From Blastocatellia bacterium (GTDB taxonomy: Bacteria > Acidobacteriota > Blastocatellia > UBA7656), in assembly GCA_045807725.1 (NCBI GenBank), contig JBJMGV010000089.1:4787-68786 (forward strand): a stretch of DNA of 64,000 nucleotides. Direction: 5' to 3'. Every line of letters starts with the position of its first letter. Position 1 is the stretch's first letter. The notes beneath the pieces were generated by a model. That model was not told the origin of the DNA. It was given only the letters and a program-made list of their open reading frames with translations, and did no database searches. Positions 30,021-39,516 of the stretch are shown here, in pieces. Position numbers and translations under genes: made by a program.

Positions 30021-31337
30021 CTAAGACTGACCCTGCGCGCTGCTCATTTCGCTTACGTATTGGCCGGCGAGTTGCGACATCGCTTCGCTCACTTCGATAG
30101 GGAAGCAGATGCGGTCAATGCGATAGCCGCGCATACCGCGCACGACTTCCGACACTTCGCTGATCTCACGTATCTCAGGGCGCGGCCAGCCCGATTCAAT
30201 ATAAATCAGACTCTCCGTATCAACGCCCACTGGCGAATAGTAGCCGTAATACGGCACGTCGGCGGCGCGGTCCAGCACTAGGTAATAAGCCGGATCGAAG
30301 CCTGCCTGTCGCACGACTTCTTCGGCTTGCATCCAGAAAGACTTCGCCGCGTCGGCGACGAATTCCAGATCAATCGTCTTAAACAGCTTGCGGTCGATGA
30401 AACGCGTCGAGAGGTCAGCCAGCGTAGCGTCCGCGTCGCGCGTCCACTGCTTCAGGTGAAACACCAGATCGGTGTCGTCGAGCTGCAAGTACTCCTGCGT
30501 GGTGACGGGCTGGCCGAGCAGCATTTTTTCAAAGACCGAATCGCGCATACGAAACCGCAGCCGGTCCTGCTCGATCAACTCTCTGGCTCGCGTCAGCGCC
30601 GAAATCAAGACCGCCTCGGCTGACCGCAACGTGCGGTGGAAGTAGACCTGCCGGAACATGTAGTAGCGCGCCTGCAAATATTCTTCGACCGCGTACAGCC
30701 CTTTTGATTCGACGTAGACGCGACCTGACGCGTCGTCAATCTTGAGCGCGTGCAGCACCCACTCCAGATCATAGATGCCATACTTCGCGCCGGTCATCAG
30801 GCTGTCACGCAGCAGGTAATCCATACGGTCGCAATCGAGCTGCGACGAGACAAGCTGGGTGACAAAGGCCGGCGAGTAATTATGCTTATAAAGCGAGGCG
30901 AGCCGGGCGGGGAGTTGCGCGTCGTGCTGGCGTAGTATCTGGTTGACTTCGGTGCTTTCGTCTTCGACGATGCGGCACGTCCAGTCTTCGTGATGATAGC
31001 GGAAGACTTTCTCCATCACGTGTGAGAACGGCCCGTGTCCGAGGTCGTGTAGCAACGCGCCGGCGCGACCGACGACGCGCGCCTCATCGCTGATCGAATG
31101 ATGAGCCGCGAGCAAGTTCAATGCCCGCGTCATCAAGTGCATCACGCCGATGGAATGTGTGAAGCGGCTGTGCTCGGCTCCTTGGTAGGTGAACAGCGCG
31201 ATGCCGAGTTGCTTGATGCGGCGCAGCCGCTGGAACTCTGCCGAATCAATCAGCGCAATGATCAAACGGTCATCGGCCAGCGACTCGTCGAGCGAGATCA
31301 TGTTGTGAAGGGGATCGCGATAATTCCGCTGCGGCAA
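30021..31337 (-). CDS. HD-domain phosphohydrolase (SAMHD1/dNTPase-like, COG1078-type)
   Basis: 438 aa; [11 protein letters not shown].....[10 protein letters not shown]...[12 protein letters not shown]...[12 protein letters not shown]. Confidence 0.8.
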   Translation of the reverse strand: MPQRNYRDPLHNMISLDESLADDRLIIALIDSAEFQRLRRIKQLGIALFTYQGAEHSRFTHSIGVMHLMTRALNLLAAHHSISDEARVVGRAGALLHDLGHGPFSHVMEKVFRYHHEDWTCRIVEDESTEVNQILRQHDAQLPARLASLYKHNYSPAFVTQLVSSQLDCDRMDYLLRDSLMTGAKYGIYDLEWVLHALKIDDASGRVYVESKGLYAVEEYLQARYYMFRQVYFHRTLRSAEAVLISALTRARELIEQDRLRFRMRDSVFEKMLLGQPVTTQEYLQLDDTDLVFHLKQWTRDADATLADLSTRFIDRKLFKTIDLEFVADAAKSFWMQAEEVVRQAGFDPAYYLVLDRAADVPYYGYYSPVGVDTESLIYIESGWPRPEIREISEVSEVVRGMRGYRIDRICFPIEVSEAMSQLAGQYVSEMSSAQGQS

Positions 31338-31354
31338 CGCGCACCTCTGTCAAA

Positions 31355-31388
31355 CTATGATGATCATTCCACGTGGATATTATCATAG
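31355..31388. promoter_or_regulatory. Inverted repeat / candidate operator between divergent genes
   Basis: CTATGATGAT-cattCCACGTGGat-ATTATCATAG: the outer arms match at 9/10, and the centre is the 8-bp palindrome CCACGTGG. Confidence 0.45.
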
Positions 31389-31445
31389 CTCAGACTTGCG
31401 AAGTTAGATATACTCGTGCCGAATTTTGAGTGATGGAGAAGAGTT

Positions 31446-31907
31446 ATGGCAAAACGATTTCGCGCAACTCTCGAACAAAGCGAAAGCAGCACGGCGACCG
31501 CAATCACTATCCCCTTTGATGTGCCGAAGGTGTACGGCAAACGTGGCCGCGTCGCCGTGCGCGGCACGATCAATGGCGTGCCCTTCCGCAGCTCCGTCTT
31601 CAAGATGGGCGATGCGCCGTACTTTATGGTGGTCAACCGGCAGATGCGCGAAGCCGGCGGCCTTTCCGCAGGGCAAACCGTATCGGTGGTGATGGAACGC
31701 GACGATGAGCCTCGCTCAGTTGAAGTGCCGGCTGACCTGCAAGCGGCGCTCGCGGCGAGCCAGGGCGCGCAAGAGGCGTGGGCGCGACTCAGCTTCACAC
31801 ATCAGCGCGAAGACGTTGAAGCCATCACGGGAGCCAAGCGGCCAGAAACGCGGGCGCGGCGAATAGCCAAGGCCGTCGAGCAACTTTTGTCAGGCAAGAG
31901 GTCGTGA
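31446..31907 (+). CDS. DUF1905 / YdeI-like protein
   Basis: 153 aa; ITIPFDVPKVYGKRGRVAVRGTINGVPFRSSVFKMGD..YFMVVN resembles DUF1905. The C-terminal ..RPETRARRIAKAVEQL is YdeI-like. Confidence 0.65.
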   Translation: MAKRFRATLEQSESSTATAITIPFDVPKVYGKRGRVAVRGTINGVPFRSSVFKMGDAPYFMVVNRQMREAGGLSAGQTVSVVMERDDEPRSVEVPADLQAALAASQGAQEAWARLSFTHQREDVEAITGAKRPETRARRIAKAVEQLLSGKRS

Positions 31908-31962
31908 TTAAAACAGCCCGCTACCTTGTGCGATGCGAACCGACGGTCGCACCTTGTTGATT

Positions 31963-32059
31963 GGCGAGCGGCCTGTCCTTGCGCGAATCATCGAAGCCGT
32001 GACCAATCCCGCTGAACCATCACCGCTGTTCGTGACCGCGCAAGGACAGGCCGCTCGCC
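31963..32059. repeat. Perfect 23-bp inverted repeat with a 51-nt spacer
   Basis: ggcgagcggcctgtccttgcgcg (31963-31985) and its exact reverse complement cgcgcaaggacaggccgctcgcc (32037-32059). Lies between convergent genes; the right arm ends 4 nt before the permease stop. Confidence 0.85.
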
Positions 32060-32063
32060 TTCA

Positions 32064-33611
32064 TCAATCCGCTTCGGCGCGTAGCGGCGCGCTCACGGAT
32101 GAAGCAGCCGCTTCGTCTATCTCGATGACCTTTCGATTCAACAGACTGTGGCGGCGGCCATAAGCGAAGTAGATTACAAAGCCGATCAGCAGCCACACGC
32201 CGAGCCGCAGCCAGTTCTCCGCCGGCAGCGAAAACATCAGCAGCAAGCACGTCGCAATGCCGAGTATCGGCACGAGCGGCACAAAGGGAGCGCGAAATGG
32301 GCGCTCGGCATCGGGGTGTGTGCGCCGCATCACCAGCACGGCGGCGCAGACAATGACGAATGCCGACAGCGTGCCGATGCTGACTAAGTCAGCGAGAATC
32401 CGCAGCGGCAGGAACGCCGTCGCCACGCCGACGAACATGCCTGTGACGATGGTTGACTTCCACGGCGTGCGGAACTTCTCGTGTACTGCACCGAAAAACT
32501 TTCTCGGCAATAAGCCGTCGCGCGCCATTGCCAGCAGAATGCGCGCCTGGCTCGAAATCGAAACCAGCACGACCGAAGTGATGCCCGCGAGCGCGCCGAA
32601 CGAAATCAAGAACTGCGCCCACGTCAGCCCCTTCTGCTTGAAGGCATTCGACACCGGCGCGTTGGTGTCGAGATGGTCGTAACGAATCATCCCGGTCAGC
32701 ACAGCCGTTACTGCAATGTAAAGTACCGTACAAATCAGCAGCGAAGCGATAATGCTCAGCGGCACGTCGCGGCGCGGGTTGCGGGCTTCTTCAGAATTGG
32801 TCGAAACCGAATCGAAGCCGATGTAGGCGAAGAAGATGATCGCGGCAGCGGCGAGCATACCGAGCGGCTGGCCGCCCGCGTCCGCGCCGCCGAGCACAGG
32901 CTTGCCGAAGAAGCTGACGCCGGCAAATCCAAACGGCGCGAACGGATGCCAGTTCTTCGGGTCAACATAAAATGCGCCGACGCCGATGACCAGCAACACG
33001 ACGGCGACTTTCAGAATGACCATTGCCGTGTTGAACCGCGCGCTCTCTTTGATGCCGACGATGAGGATTGTCGTGACGAGAACAGCGATGAGGATGGCGG
33101 GCAGATCGAGCACCGTGCCAGTGGCGACGAGCTTGCCGAGCTTGGGATCGTAATCCATCGGCGCGCGGCTGATGGCGTCCGGCAGCTTGAGGCCGAAGAT
33201 GCTAATCAAATCCTGAAAGTAATGCGAAGCGCCGACGGCGACCGTCGATGCGCTGACGGCGTATTCAAGAATCAAGTCCCAGCCGATGATCCACGCGAAC
33301 AACTCGCCGAGCGTGGCGAACGCGTAGGTGTAGGCTGAGCCGGCGACCGGCACCATCGCCGCGAACTCGGCATAACAGAGCGCCGCGAAGACACAAGCAA
33401 TGCCGGAGACGATGAACGACAGCATCAACGCCGGGCCGGCTTTGCTGTTGGCAGCGACGCCCGTGAGCACGAAGATGCCCGTGCCGATGGTCGCGCCGAC
33501 GCCGAGACTGGTCAGTTGCAGCGGGCCAAGCACGCGGCGCAAGCGGCCTTCGCCGCTCATCTCTTTGAGCAGCAGTTCGAGCGGTTTCTTTCTGAGCAGG
33601 CTATTAGCCAT
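32064..33611 (-). CDS. APC-superfamily amino-acid permease (cationic amino acid transporter-like)
   Basis: ATG at 33611 preceded by GGAGG (minus strand); MANSLLRKKPLELLLKE...; about 12-14 TM segments; LTSLGVGATIGTGIFVLTG motif. The track start at 33728 is probably an over-extension. Confidence 0.85.
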   Translation of the reverse strand: MANSLLRKKPLELLLKEMSGEGRLRRVLGPLQLTSLGVGATIGTGIFVLTGVAANSKAGPALMLSFIVSGIACVFAALCYAEFAAMVPVAGSAYTYAFATLGELFAWIIGWDLILEYAVSASTVAVGASHYFQDLISIFGLKLPDAISRAPMDYDPKLGKLVATGTVLDLPAILIAVLVTTILIVGIKESARFNTAMVILKVAVVLLVIGVGAFYVDPKNWHPFAPFGFAGVSFFGKPVLGGADAGGQPLGMLAAAAIIFFAYIGFDSVSTNSEEARNPRRDVPLSIIASLLICTVLYIAVTAVLTGMIRYDHLDTNAPVSNAFKQKGLTWAQFLISFGALAGITSVVLVSISSQARILLAMARDGLLPRKFFGAVHEKFRTPWKSTIVTGMFVGVATAFLPLRILADLVSIGTLSAFVIVCAAVLVMRRTHPDAERPFRAPFVPLVPILGIATCLLLMFSLPAENWLRLGVWLLIGFVIYFAYGRRHSLLNRKVIEIDEAAASSVSAPLRAEAD

Positions 33612-33851
33612 CGGTACACCTCCACAAGAACGGTGATGTGAGAGCGGCTCCGCCACTCGCGCGCGATGCCCATTGTCTCGACCCGCATCTGATGAACCCT
33701 CTTCAAGTCGTCCACTCACAGACCGCAAAGGCTCACGAACGCGAACGGTGCGACCACTGTAAGGGCGAACACAACAGCGGACAATGATTATGGCCCGAAG
33801 GCATTGATGGGCGGCTTGAATGGTCGGTGAAGGGGAACGAACGGCGGCGGG

Positions 33852-34628
33852 TTAAAGCGCGTTGCCGAGCAATTCGCCGAGCCGCTTGCGACAACTGCGG
33901 CTCAACATCAACTCGGTCCCGTCGCGCAGAATGACGCGGTAGTCGTTATGAAACCACGGTTGCAGCTCGCGCACGCGGTCGAGGTTGACGATTGTGGAGC
34001 GGTGTATGCGCAGAAAGCGTTTAGGGTCGAGTTGCGCTTCGACCTGGCTGATGGCTTCGCGGACGAGGTAAGACTCACGGCCTACGTGCAGGCGGACATA
34101 CTTGCCTTCGGCTTCGACCCAATCAATCTCGTCGGTCTTCAAAAAGAATGCGCGCCCGCCGGCTTTAATCACCATGCGCTCAACGTGGCTCTGTTGCGCG
34201 CGCAACTCTTCGAGCAGGGCGATGGTGCGCTGGCTCACGTCGCTGCGCTCGTTAGCGAGCCGCGACCTGACCCGCTGCATCGCCATATCAAAGCGGCGGC
34301 GGTCAAACGGCTTGAGCAGGTAATCAAGCGCGTGGACCTCGAATGCCCGCAGCGCATATTGATCGTAAGCGGTGACGAAGATGACGAGCGGCATCTCACC
34401 TGCCGCGACCGCGCCGAGCACGGCGAAGCCATCCACTTCCGGCATCTGCACGTCCAGGAAGACGAGCGCGGGCTGTTGTTCATTGATCGCCGCGATGGCT
34501 TCACGACCATTGCCGCATTCGCCGATCACTTCAATGTCAGGATGGCGCGCCAGCATGCGGCGTATGCGCCGACGCGCCAGCGGCTCGTCATCCACGATCA
34601 ACGTGCGTATGGCTTTCGTCGAAGTCAT
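33852..34628 (-). CDS. LytTR-family response regulator
   Basis: 258 aa; receiver domain (TLIVDDEPLAR..., FLDVQMPEVDG, YLLKPF) plus a LytTR DNA-binding domain (IDWVEAEGKYVRLH...FLRIHRSTIVNL). Confidence 0.92.
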   Translation of the reverse strand: MTSTKAIRTLIVDDEPLARRRIRRMLARHPDIEVIGECGNGREAIAAINEQQPALVFLDVQMPEVDGFAVLGAVAAGEMPLVIFVTAYDQYALRAFEVHALDYLLKPFDRRRFDMAMQRVRSRLANERSDVSQRTIALLEELRAQQSHVERMVIKAGGRAFFLKTDEIDWVEAEGKYVRLHVGRESYLVREAISQVEAQLDPKRFLRIHRSTIVNLDRVRELQPWFHNDYRVILRDGTELMLSRSCRKRLGELLGNAL

Positions 34629-35767
34629 CCGATAGCCGCTTTCTGTTGAGTCATGGACTCAGCCTTCTCGAAAGGAATTTCGAGCGTAACCTGCAAGCCG
34701 CCTTCGCGGGCGTCGGCCATCTCGAAGCGTTGCGCCGTGCCGTAGAGATGTTCCAGCCGCGCCCGCGTGTTGCTAAGACCGACGCCGCCGCGCCAACGGC
34801 TCGAAGAGTCCTGCGCCGACGCCAGCCCCGGCCCATTGTCTTGCACCTGCAAGCTGAGTGTGTCGTTCAGGTGCGAGACGCGAACCTCGATGTGGCCCGG
34901 CCCCGATTGCATCACGACGCCGTGACGGATGGCGTTTTCAACAATCGGTTGCAGGATCAAGTTCGGAACCATCGCATCGAGCGCGTCGGGCGCGATGGTG
35001 TAGCTCACGGTCAGGCGGTCTTGAAAGCGCACCTGCTCGATTTCGAGATAACAGCGCAGGAACTCCATCTCCTCGTGCAAGGTCACGCGCTGCGCGCCGG
35101 AGTTTTGTAATGTCATTCGCAAAAAGTCGCCGAGCCGCGCGAGCATCTCGTCCGCCGCGTCTACATCTTCATCGAGCAAGGCCGAGATCGAGTTGAGGGT
35201 GTTGAACAGGAAGTGCGGCTGAAGCTGCATCTTCAATGCCTGAAGCTGCGCCTGCGCGAGTTCAGCTTTGAGGCGCGAGGCGCGCAGCTCTTCGCGTTGA
35301 TAACGGCGATAATAATCCAGCACCAGGCTGATGAGCATGAACGTGCCATAGCTCATATAGCCGGTCGGCAGGTTGAAGAGAATGTCGGACTGGTACAGCT
35401 CGCGTATGGACGAGTACTGGCGATAGACGGCGACGTGCAGCGCCCAGCCGACGATCAGGTAGATCGCTCGGTGAAAGAAGGCCAGCGTCAAGCACGCGAC
35501 GATATGAATGATCGAATTACGCAGCCAGTGCTCGCGCCCTATGCGGAACCAGCGCGTCAGTTGAAAGATCAGCGGCGCAAGCATCGCCCACAAGAACCAG
35601 TAGGGCAGCTCCCACACGAGCATGCCGCCGACCGTCGGCTGGTGCTTGAAGATGGCGACGTAATGGCCGGCGAAAAAATAGTAGTTGAGCGTGAAGGAGA
35701 GGCCGACGAGCGTCCACGCGACAAGGACGGCTATCCATAATATCCAACCACGCTTCGGCATTCGCAT
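34625..35767 (-). CDS. LytS/YehU-type sensor histidine kinase
   Basis: 380 aa; N-terminal TM bundle; QLQPHFLFNTLNSISAL (His-kinase PF06580-type H box); ATPase N and G boxes (ENAIRHG, DNGPG). 4-nt overlap with the regulator gene. Confidence 0.9.
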   Translation of the reverse strand: MRMPKRGWILWIAVLVAWTLVGLSFTLNYYFFAGHYVAIFKHQPTVGGMLVWELPYWFLWAMLAPLIFQLTRWFRIGREHWLRNSIIHIVACLTLAFFHRAIYLIVGWALHVAVYRQYSSIRELYQSDILFNLPTGYMSYGTFMLISLVLDYYRRYQREELRASRLKAELAQAQLQALKMQLQPHFLFNTLNSISALLDEDVDAADEMLARLGDFLRMTLQNSGAQRVTLHEEMEFLRCYLEIEQVRFQDRLTVSYTIAPDALDAMVPNLILQPIVENAIRHGVVMQSGPGHIEVRVSHLNDTLSLQVQDNGPGLASAQDSSSRWRGGVGLSNTRARLEHLYGTAQRFEMADAREGGLQVTLEIPFEKAESMTQQKAAIG

Positions 35768-35856
35768 CTCCTCAAAAGTTTCAGCGTATTTCTATCATAA
35801 CGCGAAACGGCGAGCGCGGGCATCGGTTTTATCGCGCCCTGAAGCGAGCAGAGATT

Positions 35857-35902
35857 AACACGCAGACACGGAGGCACAGAGACACAGCGAACTCTTCGTG
35901 TT
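35857..35902. repeat. Solo tandem-octamer array resembling one arm of hairpin H8
   Basis: aacacg-cagacacggaggcacagagacacagcg-aactcttcgtgtt. Has a CACAGAG-type 8-nt periodicity, but only a 6-bp complementary clamp (aacacg/cgtgtt). Confidence 0.5.
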
Positions 35903-35935
35903 ATCTTCTTGCTTTCTTGAAAGAGGCAAACACGG

Positions 35936-36358
35936 ATGACCAGAATGAGCGCGCAGGAATTGGAAGACTTTCTCTATTCGCACTTCTCGGAAATGGATGA
36001 GCGGTTGTTTCATGTCGAGCGCGTCGAAGAGAACTTCGCGCAGATTCGCATGACGTATCACCCGCGCCACTTGCGACCGGGCGGGACGATCTCCGGCCCG
36101 GCCCTGATGATGCTGGCCGACACCGCGATGTATCTAGTGCTGCTGGCGATGATCGGCCCGGTTGCGCTGGCCGTCACTACCAATTTGAACATCAACTTTC
36201 TGCGCAAGCCTGTGGCCCGCGACGTGATCGCTAAGACGAGCCTGCTCAAGCTCGGCAAGCGGCTCGCGGTCGGCGAAGTGACAATGTTTTCCGATGGCGA
36301 CGCGCAGCCGGTCGCGCACGCGACGGTGACTTACTCCATCCCCGCCGAGCGAACGTAA
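35936..36358 (+). CDS. PaaI/hotdog-fold thioesterase
   Basis: 140 aa; ..RPGGTISGPALMMLADTAMYLVLL.. and ..GKRLAVGEVTMF.. are typical of PaaI-family thioesterases. Confidence 0.8.
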   Translation: MTRMSAQELEDFLYSHFSEMDERLFHVERVEENFAQIRMTYHPRHLRPGGTISGPALMMLADTAMYLVLLAMIGPVALAVTTNLNINFLRKPVARDVIAKTSLLKLGKRLAVGEVTMFSDGDAQPVAHATVTYSIPAERT

Positions 36359-36613
36359 CCTCGACCGCCAGCCAGTTGGCAGTTCTCATTTAAATTGAAA
36401 CCGAAATGTTGATGGACGCGTCTTAGGATTGTGTTCATTCGCAGAAGTGTTTTTGGCGAACTTTCCGTGATTGCTGGCAAAAAGGGCGAGGATGAGGATG
36501 ATTCCTGTAGCTTGCTTATAGCAAACCCTGATTGAATTGTCTTTGCGCTTTTGCCATGCTGCTTGATCTGCTGTCTCGTGCCATATTTTGTTCTGTCTTT
36601 TTGGAAAGAGAGG

Positions 36614-38731
36614 ATGATGAACCATTCTGCGCTCGTCACCGAGTCTCCCCTCATCAACACAAAACCTCAGTCACAAAAGCTCTCATCTCACGCGCAATGG
36701 GCGCGGCGGCTGGTCCTCTGCCTCGCCTGGGCGCTGGCGCTCGCCTTTGTCGCGTCGGCGCAGGAGTTGAGTAACGACCGCCTGACCTTGCAACTCGGCG
36801 TTTCAGGCGAAGGCATTCCGATCATCAAAGAGGCAGTCTGGAAAGATACGGGCCTGTCGGCTTTCCGTGATGCAGGCACGCCCGATGGTCTCAGCGCCTG
36901 GGTCCCTGAGTCGCTGATTCCTGCCGACGCCGGTGAAGCGCCGGCTTGGGCCGTCAGCGAAAGCGACGAGATGATTACCGCTGAAGCGACGCGCCCGCTC
37001 GCCGCCAAGATGCGCATCACCTGGATTATCGACCTGCCGAAACAGGGGCCGCTGTTTCGCCTGCGCGTGCGGTTGACCGGCGGCAAGCAGGCGCGCGACG
37101 TGGAGTGGTTCCCGTCGTGGTCGGCCAACTGGCAGGTCGGCGGCGGCGCACAATGGGTGCGCTGGTGGCGTGCGCTGGAGTTCGACCGCAACGAGCAAAA
37201 CTTGAGTGCCGACTCCTCGATTCGTCTGGGCAGCCGCTTGCACAGCTCCGATGATGGCGATGGCGGCGTCAACCCTTACTGGATCGTTGGCGGGCCGTCG
37301 AGCCGCACCTATTTCAGCTTGCAGTGGAGCGGCGGCTGGAGCGCGCAGCTCAAGGGGCTGGATAACGGCTTTGCCTTCTCGGTGAACCTGCCGCCGGCAG
37401 AGACCCAACTGACGCTCAACAAGCGCAAGGAGATTGAAGGGCCGGCGCTGCTGGTGACGCTCGTCGAGGGGAGCGACGAGGCAGAAGGCCGCGCCCAGTG
37501 GATGCGACAGCGGCACGCGCTTGGCCAGATACTTTATGGCGGCCCGCGTCCGTCCTTTCCGCTGACCTACAATCACTGGTACGCGATTCGGAAGGATTTC
37601 AATGCCGACTTCCTGGCTCGGCAAGTGGCGGCAATGTCGCCATACGGTTTCGACGCCTTCATCGCTGACGCCGGCTGGTTCGCCAGTGGGCGCTGGAAGC
37701 CCGACCCGGCGAAGTTCCCTGCGGGCGAGCTGACCAAGGCGCTGGCTTCAATGAAAGCCGCCGGCATCAAGCCGGGTTTGTGGTCTACGCCACAATTTGT
37801 CAGCCGCGACGATGACACCTCGGCGTTGACATTTGAAGACCCGGCAATCTTCTCTAATTTTATTGACGGCTACCTCATCGATCTGTCGCAACCGAGCTTC
37901 GTCACACACTTGCTTGATCACGTGTCGGCGCTGCGCAGCAAGTATTCGATGGATTATTGGAAGTACGACCAGCTCTTCTTCTCCGAACAGACCCACGAGG
38001 GCGAGATGAAGAATGTCGTCGGGTTTCAGTCGGCTTTGCAGTCTGTGCGCCTGGCCAACTCCGACCTGACGATTGAGAACTGCCTGAACGGCGGGCGTAT
38101 GCTTAACGATTTCACGCTGCTGCTGACGCAGACGAGCTGGTTGAGGGATTACGGCAAGACCAGCGATGACGTGCCGCAGCTCAACATTCACAGCGCGCTG
38201 TATGCGCTGGAGATGGTCTTCCCGTGGTCGGCGCTGCGGTTCTCGGTCAACTTCGACCAGTCCGACCCGAATGACGATGAGCTGACGCGGCTCAGTTGTC
38301 GCAGCGCGATGATCGGCGCGTGGGGACTCTCGACCGACCTGTCACTGGTCAGCGAACATCAGCAGGCGATCATCTTGAAAGAGATCGTCAACTACCGGCG
38401 GTTGAACCGCATGAAGTATTCGTGCCTCTACGACCTCTACCTGCCGAGCGAAACGGCGGATGCGGCGGGCGTAACCTTCTACAGCCCGAAGCGGCTCTAT
38501 GCCGGCGTGTTGCTCTACCGATGGCAGCGCAACGGCGCATTCAAACAGCCGCTCGCGTTAGCGAAGCTGAGGCCGGAGGTGATGTATGTCGTCACTGACG
38601 CTGATACGGGCGAGGTGATCACTGCCAGCGGCAGCGACTTGATTGCCAATGGCGTCAGCGTGTCGTTCAGCGGCGGTCGGCGGTCGGCCCTGCTCTTCAT
38701 CGAGCCGGCTGACACGACCACAACGCCTTAA
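36614..38731 (+). CDS. Secreted glycoside hydrolase, GH36-like alpha-galactosidase family
   Basis: ATG 36614 (MMNHSALV.., signal-like LVLCLAWALALAFVASAQE). YWKYDQ (compare the Y-x-K-W-D nucleophile motif) and IENCLNGGRMLND (compare ENCSSGGGR-x-D). Confidence 0.6.
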   Translation: MMNHSALVTESPLINTKPQSQKLSSHAQWARRLVLCLAWALALAFVASAQELSNDRLTLQLGVSGEGIPIIKEAVWKDTGLSAFRDAGTPDGLSAWVPESLIPADAGEAPAWAVSESDEMITAEATRPLAAKMRITWIIDLPKQGPLFRLRVRLTGGKQARDVEWFPSWSANWQVGGGAQWVRWWRALEFDRNEQNLSADSSIRLGSRLHSSDDGDGGVNPYWIVGGPSSRTYFSLQWSGGWSAQLKGLDNGFAFSVNLPPAETQLTLNKRKEIEGPALLVTLVEGSDEAEGRAQWMRQRHALGQILYGGPRPSFPLTYNHWYAIRKDFNADFLARQVAAMSPYGFDAFIADAGWFASGRWKPDPAKFPAGELTKALASMKAAGIKPGLWSTPQFVSRDDDTSALTFEDPAIFSNFIDGYLIDLSQPSFVTHLLDHVSALRSKYSMDYWKYDQLFFSEQTHEGEMKNVVGFQSALQSVRLANSDLTIENCLNGGRMLNDFTLLLTQTSWLRDYGKTSDDVPQLNIHSALYALEMVFPWSALRFSVNFDQSDPNDDELTRLSCRSAMIGAWGLSTDLSLVSEHQQAIILKEIVNYRRLNRMKYSCLYDLYLPSETADAAGVTFYSPKRLYAGVLLYRWQRNGAFKQPLALAKLRPEVMYVVTDADTGEVITASGSDLIANGVSVSFSGGRRSALLFIEPADTTTTP

Positions 38732-38964
38732 GCCAAAGGCTAAGCCAAAAGCGCGTGGCGTCGCGCGCCTTTGGCGCGTAAAATCATGCGTAGACTTTCC
38801 GGCGGTAATCTGCTAGGATAATACTGTTCGTTAGGCAGCGCGAACGCTGCCGTTGACTTAGGATTTCAGGAGTTTCCCGCTACTGCTTGGAGAGCGTTTG
38901 ATTCAGTTTTCTCATTCCTTTCCCAAAGCCTCGGAAGTTCCTCTTAACACATTCAGGAGACACG

Positions 38965-39345
38965 ATGAAAAGAATCTATGTTGGCAACCTGTCGTACCAA
39001 ACGACGGAGGCCGATCTCTCTGACCTGTTCGAGCAAGTCGGCCAGGTTGAATCCGTGAACATCATCACAGACCGTGACACGGGACGTTCCAAGGGCTTTG
39101 GGTTTGTCGAGATGAACGACGAGGACGCTGAGAAAGCGATCGCGCAGTTCAACGGCACCGAGGTGAACGGTCGCTCGGTAACTGTCAATGAAGCGCGGCC
39201 CCGCGAAGAGCGCGGCGGCGGACGCGGCGGCTTTGGTGGCAATCGCGGCGGCGGTGGCGGCGGCGGTCGTGGCGGCTTCGGCGGTAATCGCGGTGGCGGC
39301 GGCGGCGGCGGTGGTCGCGGCGGCTACGGCGGCAACCGTTACTAA
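38965..39345 (+). CDS. RRM-type RNA-binding protein with an RGG/Gly-rich tail
   Basis: 126 aa; RNP2 IYVGNL and RNP1 KGFGFVEM. The C-terminal 45 aa are RGGGGGGRGGFGGN repeats. RBS aggaga. Confidence 0.92.
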   Translation: MKRIYVGNLSYQTTEADLSDLFEQVGQVESVNIITDRDTGRSKGFGFVEMNDEDAEKAIAQFNGTEVNGRSVTVNEARPREERGGGRGGFGGNRGGGGGGGRGGFGGNRGGGGGGGGRGGYGGNRY

Positions 39346-39361
39346 GCCTGGCCTGGGATTT

Positions 39362-39389
39362 GGGATGAGCGAGGCTTCTCGTTCATCCC
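39362..39389 (+). terminator. Stem-loop after the RRM gene (no clear T tract)
   Basis: gggatgagcgag-gctt-ctcgttcatccc, 11/12 complementary. Confidence 0.45.
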
Positions 39390-39516
39390 ACCTGCTTACC
39401 GTTAGGCGAAGGAATCAGAGCGCCTCTGTTCAATCTGCGCCCTTCATCAACATCCTCTCAACAACCATTGCCGCAACGGCAGCCTTTGGCCGGCCCGCGC
39501 GGCGGAAGAAAGTTTC

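Noticed and set aside
31365-31380. CCACGTGG-centred sequence as a third parS site
   Set aside because: It matches the parS consensus at only 11/16 positions, and its flanking arms differ. It is more likely an unrelated operator.
39230-39340. GGC/GGT-rich tandem DNA repeats
   Set aside because: They are in frame within the RRM protein gene and encode its RGG/Gly-rich tail, so they are coding low complexity, not a separate repeat element.
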